Assembly: GCF_006345805.1 (NCBI RefSeq)
Contig: NW_021829690.1
Span: 1-5,873 of the forward strand
Origin: Octopus sinensis
Lineage: Eukaryota
Length of the DNA: 5,873 nt
Direction of reading: 5' to 3'
Below are positions 5,740 to 5,873 of this stretch, in pieces (within the stretch, counting starts at the first letter, position 1; each line of letters opens with the position of its first letter). The position numbers and the translations under genes are program-made. Under the pieces are notes generated by a model. That model saw nothing but the letters and a program-made list of their open reading frames with translations. It had not been told where the DNA came from and made no database searches.

Positions 5740-5873
5740 GATGACTGCTCATAAGTTCCTTCGCCCTTTTACGGGTCTTATTTTTCATCCTGCAGGGTGT
5801 CAACACTCACCCTCTTCGCCAAGCAAGCCTGGTGAGGGTTTCCAGTTTAGCCGCCGACGACCCGACGCAACAG
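5740..5873 (-). other. GC-richer structured segment, possibly the 5' UTR of a non-LTR (RTE-like) retrotransposon running off the window
   Basis: Hairpin ACCCTC/GAGGGT at 5809-5839. The minus strand contains GG-GUCGUCGGC-GGCUAA-ACUGG, resembling the P1.1/P4/J4-2/P2 end of HDV-like ribozymes. The assignment is weak and incomplete. Confidence 0.25.

Noticed and set aside
3934-5806. ORFs 3934-4119, 4074-4319, 4831-5037, 5470-5721, 5564-5806
   Set aside because: They are short, low-complexity or cross repeat boundaries, with no recognisable domain.
5778-5873. Splice-acceptor-like TTTTTCATCCTGCAG followed by an open frame (GVNTHPLRQASLVRVSS...)
   Set aside because: Too short, with no recognisable protein similarity. 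Such motifs are common by chance in AT-rich DNA.

Overview
AT-rich, microsatellite-dense eukaryotic non-coding DNA with no credible protein-coding gene; the SINE families resemble, from memory, those of octopus/cephalopods (inference). Main result: positions 1-1343 are a head-to-tail array of a ~476-bp unit (2.8 copies, continuing past the window start). Each unit encodes a type I hammerhead ribozyme (HHR) on the minus strand, with a CUGAGGA...GAAA core, a near-palindromic stem III and an AUA cleavage triplet. The array folds back at 1343/1344 into an inverted copy (1344-1766) carrying a fourth HHR on the plus strand. This architecture (5' inverted segment plus tandem sense repeats plus small HHRs) matches Penelope-like element pseudo-LTRs or animal non-LTR retrozymes, and predicts 475-nt self-cleaved monomer or circular RNAs. 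A second, unrelated HHR (CUGAAGA...GAAA, GUU triplet) lies at ~2248-2321 (-). The rest of the window holds several tRNA-derived SINEs, a 428-bp MITE (29-bp TIRs, perfect 8-bp TSD, internal TTAGGG-like repeats), microsatellites, and possibly the 3' half of an HDV-like ribozyme at the window end. No ribozyme activity can be demonstrated from sequence alone.
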